Assembly (NCBI GenBank): GCA_964016885.1
Contig: CAXHJY010001176.1
Span: 1 to 24,306, forward strand
DNA length: 24,306 bases
Direction of reading: 5' to 3'
DNA from: Eledone cirrhosa
Lineage: Eukaryota
Under the pieces are notes generated by a model. That model searched no databases. It saw nothing but the letters and a program-made list of their open reading frames with translations, and was not told the DNA's origin. Position 1 is the first letter of the stretch. The number at the start of each line of letters is the position of its first letter. A program made the position numbers and the translations under genes. Below are positions 14,349-24,306 of this stretch, piece by piece.

Positions 14349-14388
14349 CCGAGCTGAGGATCCGAATAAGGTGAAACATTTGTTCTTG
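14349..14388 (+). ncRNA. Minimal type-I hammerhead ribozyme motif
   Basis: CCGAG-CTGAGGA(14354-60)-TCCGAATAAGGT-GAAA(14373-76)-CATTTGT-T-CTTG. Stem I is CGAG/CTTG, and the inverted twin shows CTCGG, the perfect partner. Stem II is weak. Confidence 0.6.
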
Positions 14389-14563
14389 ATATGGTGAACT
14401 AACTGTTGTGAAACTACCTCTACCAAACTCGTGCTATGGACTGAGTGCTCTACTTCTACGGATATAACACTCCAGTATTCTACTAATATTTATATATATA
14501 TATATGAGAATGTTGAAGTTTGGTTGAAGCATTGTGGAATAAAAACTTTCCCCCTCGGAAAAC

Positions 14564-14598
14564 CCCCAGTTGATGGATGCGAAATCCGAAATATAGGG
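14564..14598 (+). ncRNA. Degenerate minimal hammerhead
   Basis: CCC-CAGTTGA-T-GGAT-GCGAA-ATCC-GAAA-TATA-GGG: stems I, II and III are present, but the core has two mismatches to CTGATGA. Confidence 0.45.
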
Positions 14599-14809
14599 AT
14601 AATTAAATCACTTCCAAGGTAACTCTATCTCGTGTTATTATTTTTACACTCTTTCCTACGTTCCTCTACACCCTATACGTCTCATTTTACATCTCTCTCT
14701 CATTACCACCTGATTCTGTTACCCGGAGATTTACCCATCTGCATTGTTGAGGCCTCCAAAACGACCAATTGTATATATGTGTGTATATATTTATATATAT
14801 ATATATATT

Positions 14810-14976
14810 ATTAAAATAACAGATTAACGTTTAAGGGTGAAAGCAGTGATTCTTTGCTTAAACTTTAATCTGTTATTTTAATAAATATTTGCTCTAGGGT
14901 TCTTATATATTTGATATATATTTATCCTTATCGAGCCCTCTTTGGATTTTAGTCTTCAAATTTATTATTATTACTA
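14810..14976 (+). repeat. Unclassified dispersed repeat, copy 2, with short 5' fold-back
   Basis: Matches 5035-5180; ATTAAAATAACAGATTAA is the reverse complement of the internal TTAATCTGTTATTTTAAT. Confidence 0.85.
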
Positions 14977-15334
14977 TATATATATATATACATATATACT
15001 TAGTTTTTCCTGTATACATGAATTGTAGAGGTATAAACCTTTATTTACATCAGGTGGGTCATCTCCGGGAACTGTAAATCTCATTGAGAGGGTTCGTTTC
15101 ATTGCTCGTCAGTTTATTTTTTGAATCTCTTGAAAATATGGTTCACCTGGAATCTTGACTAAATTTATACCTTGAGGGGACTGGGTCAGTTCAGGTTTGT
15201 TGGGTCCCTCATCGGACCCAGTTCTAGTTTAGTGAGTCCCTCATCGGAGGGCCCGGGTATTCGTCATCACCGCCCTTACTCCCGATCAATCCGGCCCTGT
15301 CTGAAATCTTGCTAAGTTGCTTCTTACATCTTAA

Positions 15335-15562
15335 CCCTTTAGCATTTATATTACTCTATATTTACTATTGTATTCTTGTTGTGAAGGCTTTACCTCACAC
15401 AATTATCCCACATAATATGGAAACTATGAGATTTTGATATTTATTTTGAAAACAATACCTTAAAGTCGGTATGAGTGGCCAGTTAAGCCTGGTTATGGCT
15501 GGTTTGAACAGAAAAAGATGACAGAATTCTGGCCGGATATGGCCAGTTTAAATGCTAAAGGG
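15335..15562. mobile_element. piggyBac-type non-autonomous MITE
   Basis: TTAA target-site duplication at 15331-34 and 15563-66; perfect 14-bp TIRs CCCTTTAGCATTTA/TAAATGCTAAAGGG with CCC..GGG termini. Confidence 0.92.
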
Positions 15563-15759
15563 TTAAGGCCTCAATGGTTATAGAATGTCAAACGTACACA
15601 AACCTCTGAGTTGTGAACTGCGATTAATGGAAAATCCACTTTGGACTTTTAAAGTGGATAAAGTATTAGTCTTGCTGAAGACGATGAAACAGCCGCTCTT
15701 TTCCGGAGGTCTTTCACTCCGAGACCGATACATACATATGTACGTCCATACATATATAC

Positions 15760-16180
15760 ATGGTGGCTGCCAACTCGTTTTCGAGTACGGCCACTACTTT
15801 ATATCCATGTAGGAGAACCCCTACCGATGCGCTGAACGAGTGTGACTTTTTAGTCCAGCCAGCGACTTGAAAACTCTGGTACAAACACTACACCTGTGAC
15901 AATTATTGACACATAGTGCTGGGCCCATGGTACCATGTGAGGACAAGTGCAGAGAGATCTCCAGATATAAAGCAATGCTTGTGCCGTGAAGCTTTTATAG
16001 TGAGCAAAGGCACTGCACAAAGCCAGTCCCACTCTCTTAACCAAGATGATATTTACCAAAAAGAAGAACAAGTCAACATCATTAGATACCATCAGAGTTG
16101 CAGGTGTTATATCAGAGTTTTCCTTCTCCTAGAATTCTGCCTTGACAAAGGCTAAGAGGTCATCTCTCCCAATATTTATA
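15760..16180. mobile_element. Old retroposon fragment (possibly RTE-related), copy 1
   Basis: Homologous to 16301-16610 (ATG.TGGCTGCC; AGCCA.TCCCACTCTCT; AAGAAGAA..TCAACATCAT; GAGTT..CCTTCTCCTAGAA..GACAA.GGCTAAG). The RTE link is from memory of the motif only. Confidence 0.55.
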
Positions 16181-16300
16181 TATACGTGTATATATATATA
16201 CTCTGGTACAAACACTACACTTGTGACAATTATTGACACATAGTGCTGGGCCCATATATACATATATACAAATATACATACTTACGTACGTACATACATA

Positions 16301-16610
16301 CATGATGGCTGCCCCCTCGATATCTAGTATGGCCATTGCATGATATACCATTATTAATAATTATTAATTAATGCTACCGTGCAATTCCTGTGCATGAAGA
16401 TGTTTATAAAAGTGAGGAAAGACTGTGCACTGAGCCAATCCCACTCTCTGAGCAACAGTAGCTATAACCCGAAAAGAAGAAAAGATCAACATCATCGGTA
16501 ACTACTGAGCCGTATGTTTTATGTCGGAGTTATCCCAGTTTCCTGAGTTGCCTTCTCCTAGAAGAATATCCTGACAAGGGCTAAGGGTCCTTCACTCCCA
16601 GTGGTTTAAC
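16301..16610. mobile_element. Old retroposon fragment, copy 2
   Basis: See copy 1; both copies begin after a (CATA)n tract. Confidence 0.55.
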
Positions 16611-16670
16611 CCCGCGATCGGATGTCCAGCCGATTATTTCTACATACATACATAGTTACATACATACATA

Positions 16671-16914
16671 CATGCATACATATGTACATACTTACATAAT
16701 AGATATGTACGTACACACATGCATACATATGTACATACTTACATAATAGATATGTACGTACACACATGCATACATATGTACATACTTACATAATAGATAT
16801 GTACGTACACACATGCATACATATGTACATACTTACATAATAGATATGTACGTACACACATGCATACATATGTACATACTTACATAATAGATATGTACGT
16901 ACACACATGCATAC
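16671..16914. repeat. 47-bp minisatellite, 5.2 identical copies
   Basis: Unit CATGCATACATATGTACATACTTACATAATAGATATGTACGTACACA at 16671, 16718, 16765, 16812, 16859 and a partial copy at 16906. Confidence 0.95.
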
Positions 16915-17073
16915 GTAGATGCATACACATATTCATTCTTACACATAGGCATACACACATACATGCACATATGCATACATATATATATATGTAGACATAT
17001 TTACATAGATATATACACACATATACATTATTCATACATGTCATACACATATATACATATATATGTATATATA

Positions 17074-17720
17074 CTCTCTATCTCTCTCTTCCCCATCTCT
17101 CACTCTCCCTCTCTCCCTCTCCCTCTCTCTCCCTCTCTCTCCCTCTCCCTCTCCCCCTCTCCCTCTCCCTCTCTCTCTCTCTTTCTAATTTTCTTTCCCT
17201 TTCACCATATTTCTCACAAAATATATTACCTCATAATTCTTTCCTCCTCCTCCTCCCCCTCTTTCCTTTCACCTCCATCGCTTCCTCTTAAGATGCCCTC
17301 CCCTTCCTCCTCTATATCTCCTTCCACCACCACCACATTGCCCCCTTCCTCTTCTACTGGTTCATCCTTCACCTTCCACTTACATTCGATCCACTTCATT
17401 CCTCATCTATATCTCCTTCCTCCTCATCCTACAACTCTTCTTCTTTCACATACCCCTCCTCCTCCCCTCCTCTTCCTATTCCTCCTGTAATACTTTCTAC
17501 AAATATGTCGGCTTCCTTCTTTCCTCTACACAACTGTCTCTGTCATCTAATAATCTCTTTCCGCCACCACCACCACCATCACTACCACCACCACCAACAC
17601 TACAACCCCCACCACTACCACCACCACTTCCACCACCAACAACAACAACACTACAGCCACCCCTACCACCTCCAACGACACCACTTTATGTCACCTTCCT
17701 CTTCTCCCCCAAACCTCTCC
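17074..17720. repeat. (CT)n/(CCT)n pyrimidine tract and (CAC)n repeat
   Basis: Seen directly. Confidence 0.9.
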
Positions 17721-17730
17721 CACAGTTGTC

Positions 17731-17890
17731 AGGTCACGTGCTACAACCAACAGTACCGCAGTGTATGCAATAAAAGTTAAGAGATAGTTGATCACGTGAC
17801 ATCACGTGTCTCCCTGACTGACCAATGGCTGAGTTTTATAGTTGAATGCTGGGACAGCAATAAACTAACCTCTTGACAGCCAATCATATG
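17731..17890 (+). promoter_or_regulatory. Candidate promoter/enhancer: three TCACGTG E-boxes, two CCAAT boxes, two GCAATAAA motifs
   Basis: CACGTG at 17735, 17793 and 17803; CCAAT at 17822 and 17880; GCAATAAA at about 17767 and 17857. Confidence 0.5.
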
Positions 17891-18380
17891 TTGAGCAATG
17901 TTACAACGTCAGCAATTTGTATTCAGTGGACGTATATGGTGGTGGTGGCAACAGTGGTGGTGGTAGTGGTTGTTTAACCCTTCATCGGAAGAGAGAATGT
18001 GTGGGGAGGGAAACGGAGGACAAGCGTGAGAGAGAAACGAGGAAAAGTTTGCTTCGTGAGTGCTCAAACAGTGGACCGGTGAAGTAGCAGATATTCCTCA
18101 GTCCAGAGAAGATCTGATAGGGATGGGTTCCAGAGAACAATGAAACCACAAAGAGAACAGTCCATGCTTTTGCGAGACGAGTTTTTCTATCTTTTTCTGA
18201 GTATGTGATGTTGTTTTCTAATTAAAGAAAAGAGTCCACAGATTTTAGAGAATTTTGTGTTTGGTTGTACTTATTGCATCTTTCCTGGTTATAGCAGATA
18301 TATTCAGTGGTTGAGGTGTTAACATAGAGACCAGTATCGTCTGGTTTTTCTTTTGGAGCTCAACAATTTTAGAGGAGAGG

Positions 18381-18435
18381 AAAGTCGATTAAATCGATTC
18401 TAGTGAATTACTGGTACTTTATTTTATCGACCCAC
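18381..18435 (-). mobile_element. SINE core fragment
   Basis: ACTGGTACTTTATTTTATCGACCC is the reverse complement of the core seen at about 18744-18767. Confidence 0.75.
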
Positions 18436-18624
18436 GTTGGTTTGTCTATTTCTTCTATTCAATTGCAGCACATTTGATTCTGGTAAACTATCCCAGTTGT
18501 ATCGATTTTAAAGCACTAAAACAACGTATCTCCTGCGGTCGATTGATTAGAGGGGACTGTCCTATGATTTGTCCGTTTTTCCCTTCTCTTCACCCACCTT
18601 TTTTTTATTCATTATATATATATA

Positions 18625-18814
18625 AGGGCGGTGGATTGGCAGTATCGGTAGAGGGTCGGACGCCATGCTTTCCAGCATAGTTACGTCCCTTTACGATCTG
18701 AGTTCAACTCCCGCCGAGGTTGACTTTGCCTTTCATCCTTACGGGGTCGATAAAATAAAGTACCAGTAATGCACTGGGTAATTGCTGGCCTTGTGCCTAA
18801 AGTAGAAACAATTA
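18625..18814 (+). mobile_element. tRNA-derived octopus SINE
   Basis: A-box-like TGGCAGTATCGG, B box GAGTTCAACTC at 18700, core GCCGAGGTTGACTTTGCCTTTCATCC..GGGGTCGATAAAATAAAGTACCAGT; ends in (TA)n. Confidence 0.85.
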
Positions 18815-18923
18815 TATATATATATATAAGGAACGATCGACTTTCGTCAAATCGGACCGAGGGAACAATGTTTCCGTTGGTCTTTCCAATTGCTAAACTA
18901 TCTATCGGTCGCAACTCCAGGTA

Positions 18924-19001
18924 GGAGCAACGTGAAATAAAGTGTCTTGCTCAAGGACATAACGCATCGCCTGGTCCAGGAATCGAACTCACAACCTTAC
19001 G

Positions 19002-19003
<2 letters not shown>
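18924..19003 (-). mobile_element. tRNA-derived SINE fragment (second family)
   Basis: The reverse complement contains B box GAGTTCGATTCC followed by GTTATGTCCTTGAGCAAGACACTT; GCAACGTGAA.TAAAG is shared with 24289-24304. Confidence 0.8.
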
Positions 19004-19032
<29 letters not shown>

Positions 19033-19109
19033 TATATATAAATATATATATAAATATATATATAAATATATATATAAATATATATATAAATATATAAATA
19101 TATATATAT

Positions 19110-19194
<85 letters not shown>

Positions 19195-19304
19195 AATATG
19201 AGAGAGAGAGATATTAAATTTTATTTTTACACTCTACTAATGTATTGAGTACCTTAATAACTGTGGTTACCTCCAGATTGAACCCCCACACACACACATA
19301 TATA

Positions 19305-19344
<40 letters not shown>

Positions 19345-19347
<3 letters not shown>

Positions 19348-19511
19348 CGAAGGTGTTGTGGTAAGGAACCAGAGTACTCAATACTTAGGATAGACGGCAG
19401 AAGGAAAAAGTATGATTCCGACGGCAGAGCTCAAGCCGTTCCGACGGCTATTTCTAGAAATAGCCGTCAAAACGGCTTGAGCTCTGCCGCTGGGGTCATA
19501 CTTTTTCTTAT
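19345..19511 (-). mobile_element. (TA)n-anchored element, copy C, with fold-back centred at TTTCT|AGAAA (19455/19456)
   Basis: Reverse complement of 21399-21532 with an internal deletion between ACCA repeats; ~52-bp imperfect palindromic arms spanning 19404-19507. Confidence 0.85.
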
Positions 19512-19513
19512 AT

Positions 19514-21182
19514 ATAACCTGGACATTATTTTCCCAATTTGTAGAAAACTTTTAATGAAACGATCGTTTGGAAAGAGAGATGTATTTTAATTATGTCTCA
19601 TATAAAATAATACAACTGGCTATCCGCAAAATACGTATAGTTAGCACCCCAAACGTATAATTGGGATTATACTAAGGTATATCCTAATGTTTGTTGAGTG
19701 AGACGGAAGCCGGTCGGAGTATTGCTTAAAGCTTTCTCTGTTAATGTATTAAATATTAAACTCTTGATTTGGCCAGGGATGAATATTTCCAGATACATTT
19801 TAGGTATGACTTTCCGTATTTATTCTTTGTATGAAATATTGATTTCCTTCCGGTATCTTATCTCTGTTTTTAGCCTAAGAAAATACCTATATGCGTGTAT
19901 AAATAATACATGCATATATTTATTTTTTTATATCCAATTGAGTTCTTCACGCATGGTTTAAATTATTGAAAGAATTGATTGACCCGCGTGCATATTATTT
20001 TATGTATTTCGATGACCTCCCCTTTCCGCTTTTTGGCAGTGTGAGATCTCGCATTGTGAGACTGCTGGAATTTCAAATTTGGCGGTCATTCTAGCACGGA
20101 GGAGTACCATCGCTGAATATTAATATCGGTAAGAATTTTTTTTATAACGATATTTGTCGGACATCCACTAATAATTTATAAGTGGGTACCTACATATATT
20201 CCTATGGACTATGTGTAGGCTTCTACATAACCTGGACATTATTTTCCCAATTTGTAGAAAACTTATAATGAAACTATCGTTTGGAAAGAGAGATGTATTT
20301 TAATTATGTCTCATATAAAATAATACAACTGGCTATCCGCAAAATACGTATAGTTAGCACCCCAAACGTATAATTGGGATTATACTAAGGTATATCCTAA
20401 TGTTTGTTGAGTGAGACGGAAGCCGGTCGGAGTATTGCTTAAAGCTTTCTCTGTTAATGTATTAAATATTAAACTCTTGATTTGGCCAGGGATGAATATT
20501 TCCAGATACATTTTAGGTATGACTTTCCGTATTTATTCTTTGTATGAAATATTGATTTCCTTCCGGTATCTTATCTCTGTTTTTAGCCTAAGAAAATACC
20601 TATATGCGTGTATAAATAATACATGCATATATTTATTTTTTTATATCCAATTGAGTTCTTCACGCATGGTTTAAATTATTGAAAGAATTGATTGACCCGC
20701 GTGCATATTATTTTATGTTTATCGATGACCTCCCCTTTCCGCTTTATGGCAGTGTGAGATCTCGCATTGTGAGACTGCTGGAATTTCAAATTTGGCGGTC
20801 ATTCTAGCACGGAGGAGTACCATCGCTGAATATTAATATCGGTAAGGTTATTTTTTTTATCGATATTTGTCGGGCATTCACTGATAATTTATAAGTGGGT
20901 ACCTACATATATTCCTATGGACTATGTGTAGGCTTCTACATAACCTGGACACTATTTTCCTAATTTGTAGAAAACCTATAATGATACGATCGTTTGGAAA
21001 GAGAGATGTATTTTAATTATGTCTCATATAAAATAATACAACTGGCTATCCGCAAAATACGTATAGTTAGCATCCCAAATGTATAATTGGGATTATACTA
21101 AGGTATATCCTAATGTTTGTTGAGTGAGACGGAAGCCGGTCGGAGTATTGTTTAAAGCTTTCTCTGTTAATGTATTAAATAT
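19514..21182. repeat. 713-bp tandem repeat, about 2.3 near-identical copies
   Basis: TAACCTGGAC starts at 19515, 20228 and 20941; identical 87-aa ORFs at 19698 and 20411 confirm the period; the third copy is truncated into (TA)n. Confidence 0.97.
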
Positions 21183-21398
21183 ATATATATATATATTTAT
21201 AGATAGATATAGATATATATTATTTATATATATTATATAGATATATATTATATATATCCTTTATATATTATATATATACTATATACATTATATATATTAT
21301 ATAGATATTATATATATACTATATACATTATATATATTATATATATATTATATATATATCCTATATATTTTTTATATACATATTTTATATATATATAT

Positions 21399-21532
21399 CC
21401 AGAAATAACCGTCGAAACGCCTTGAGCTCTGCCGTCGGGATCATACTTTTTCTTATTTTACACTCTACTATCCTAAGTATTGAGCACTCTGGTGCGTTAT
21501 GGTCCAGTTGGTTCCTTACCACAACACCTTCG
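21399..21532 (+). mobile_element. (TA)n-anchored element, copy D (apparently full length)
   Basis: CCAGAAATAACCGTCGAAACGCCTTGAGCTCTGCCGTCGGGATCATAC...GGTTCCTTACCACAACACCTTCG followed by (TA)n(GA)n. Confidence 0.85.
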
Positions 21533-21534
21533 AG

Positions 21535-21583
<49 letters not shown>

Positions 21584-21792
21584 CAGGCAGGCAGGCGAGC
21601 TGTTGTTACGGTAACAGGCCCACCGTCTATCATCTCCCTTTCATCTTTACTATAGCAAGACTCTGATAGTCCAACTCTAGTCTTCGGTACCTCTAATTAG
21701 TATTTCAGACATATTTGAAACCATCTACTCTATTCTTCTTGTTGTTATTGTTGTTGTCCACACATCTGCTTAGAATTTATTTCTTTGAGGGG

Positions 21793-23390
<1,598 letters not shown>

Positions 23391-23409
23391 TCCATCGAGT
23401 GGTTGAAGT

Positions 23410-23645
23410 GCGGGCACGTGCCTTATTCCCGCGCGCGAGAAAACAAACCTTCCCCCCCCCTCACACACACACTTACCCAAGGGGTTTAATTTCAACAAAT
23501 CAGTGGGGTCGGGTGGGTTGGGGTAGGTTGGGCTATTGAAAGATTTAGGGGTGGTGTAGGTAGCGGGGATTGGATGGAACCCGAGGAACCTTAGATATCT
23601 GGCCAACCCCGAAAAGTTCTACCCAGGGACTGACATCAAAGCAAA
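23410..23645. promoter_or_regulatory. GC-richer island with E-box, E2F-like and TCF/LEF motifs and a G-quadruplex motif
   Basis: GGCACGTGCC 23413-22; TTCCCGCGC 23426-34; GGGGTCGGGTGGGTTGGGG 23505-23; ACATCAAAG 23633-41. Confidence 0.35.
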
Positions 23646-23678
23646 CGAAAAGGAAATCAGCCAACCAAGGGAACCTAC

Positions 23679-24085
23679 CCACCACCACACCGCCACCACC
23701 ACACTGCTATCATTACTACCACCATCACCACCACCACATCACCACTACACCACTATCACCACCACCACACCACTATCATCACCACCATCACCACCACCAC
23801 CATCACCACCACCACCATCACCACCAACCCACCACTACACCGCCGCCACCACACCACCTACGCACTACCATCACCACCACCACCACCACACCACCATCAC
23901 CACACCACCACCACCACATCATCACCACCACCACACCACCACCACCGCCACACCACCATCACCACCAAACCCACCACCACACCGCCTCCACCACACCACC
24001 ATCACCACCTACGCACTACCATCACCACCACCATCACCACCACCGCACCACTATCACCACCATCATCACCACCACCACAATCACC
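23679..24085. repeat. Degenerate (CAC)n repeat
   Basis: Seen directly; gives the poly-H/T/P ORF 23570..24115. Confidence 0.93.
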
Positions 24086-24099
24086 CCAAGTAAAGGGTC

Positions 24100-24306
24100 G
24101 AAACACCGCGGTTGATTCGATCAACTGAACAACTTGCTCGTGGAATTAACATTCAATGGGCTGAGCATTCCACAGTCACGTGTAATCTTAGCATAGTTCT
24201 CAGGGAGATCCAGTGTGACGCAGAATATGATAAAGTTGGCCCTTCCAATTACAGGTACATCTTATTTCTGCCATGTTAGTGGACTGGGGCAACGTGAAGT
24301 AAAGAG
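24100..24306 (-). mobile_element. SINE (second family) running off the window end
   Basis: Ends with GTGGACTGGGGCAACGTGAAGTAAAG, overlapping the start of the 18924 fragment; the body resembles octopus SINEs from memory. Confidence 0.7.

Noticed and set aside
15090-15111. Minus-strand CTGACGA-GCAAT-GAAAC
   Set aside because: No usable stem II, stem I or UH triplet.
15187-15250. Two 32-bp tandem units containing CCTCATCGG (reverse complement CCGATGA, hammerhead-like)
   Set aside because: Core mismatch and no GAAA after a stem; only a short duplication is supported.
15675-15692. CTGAAGA-CGAT-GAAAC
   Set aside because: No stem II and no closing stems.
17889-18365. Possible solo LTR (TGTTGAGC...GCTCAACA inverted ends)
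   Set aside because: The flanks (TCATA versus ATTTT) show no target-site duplication and no PBS or PPT is seen; not supportable without a second copy.
18855-18910. Minus-strand hammerhead-like GACCGA...TTGG-AAAGA-CCAA-CG-GAAACATTGTT-CCC-TCGGTC, similar to the 14349 motif
   Set aside because: CTGANGA core is absent and spacing is off; possibly a decayed relative only.
16671-21182. CRISPR-like or gene-array interpretation of the 47-bp and 713-bp repeats and the duplicated 87-aa ORF
   Set aside because: No unique spacers, eukaryotic context, and the ORF starts at GTG with no recognisable domain.
23570-24115. 181-aa His/Thr/Pro-rich ORF
   Set aside because: Derived from (CAC)n and runs into a SINE; its start is TTG rather than ATG; no domain.

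Overview
AT-rich eukaryotic non-coding DNA, most likely from a coleoid cephalopod (Octopus); this is inferred from SINE families recognised from memory. No intact host protein-coding gene is evident, and nearly all ORF-track entries are translations of (TA)n, (CAC)n, (GTT)n or (CT)n microsatellites. About half the window is variant (TA)n arrays with short mobile-element pieces between them: tRNA-derived SINEs, a TTAA piggyBac-type MITE, the 3' end of a Tx1/L1-type LINE inside an (ATCT)n tract, and RTE-like fragments. Two systems stand out. (1) A set of type-I hammerhead ribozyme motifs of the minimal, palindromic-stem-III kind associated with Penelope-like elements: three with intact cores (1514-1579, 2171-2280, 14349-14388) and several degenerate or truncated ones. 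(2) A ~135-bp (TA)n-anchored element with a fixed inner end that repeatedly folds back on itself; two inverted copies bracket a young 713-bp tandem array (19345-21532). A few unique islands carry promoter- or enhancer-like motif clusters (about 17730-17890, 10830-10880 and 23410-23645).
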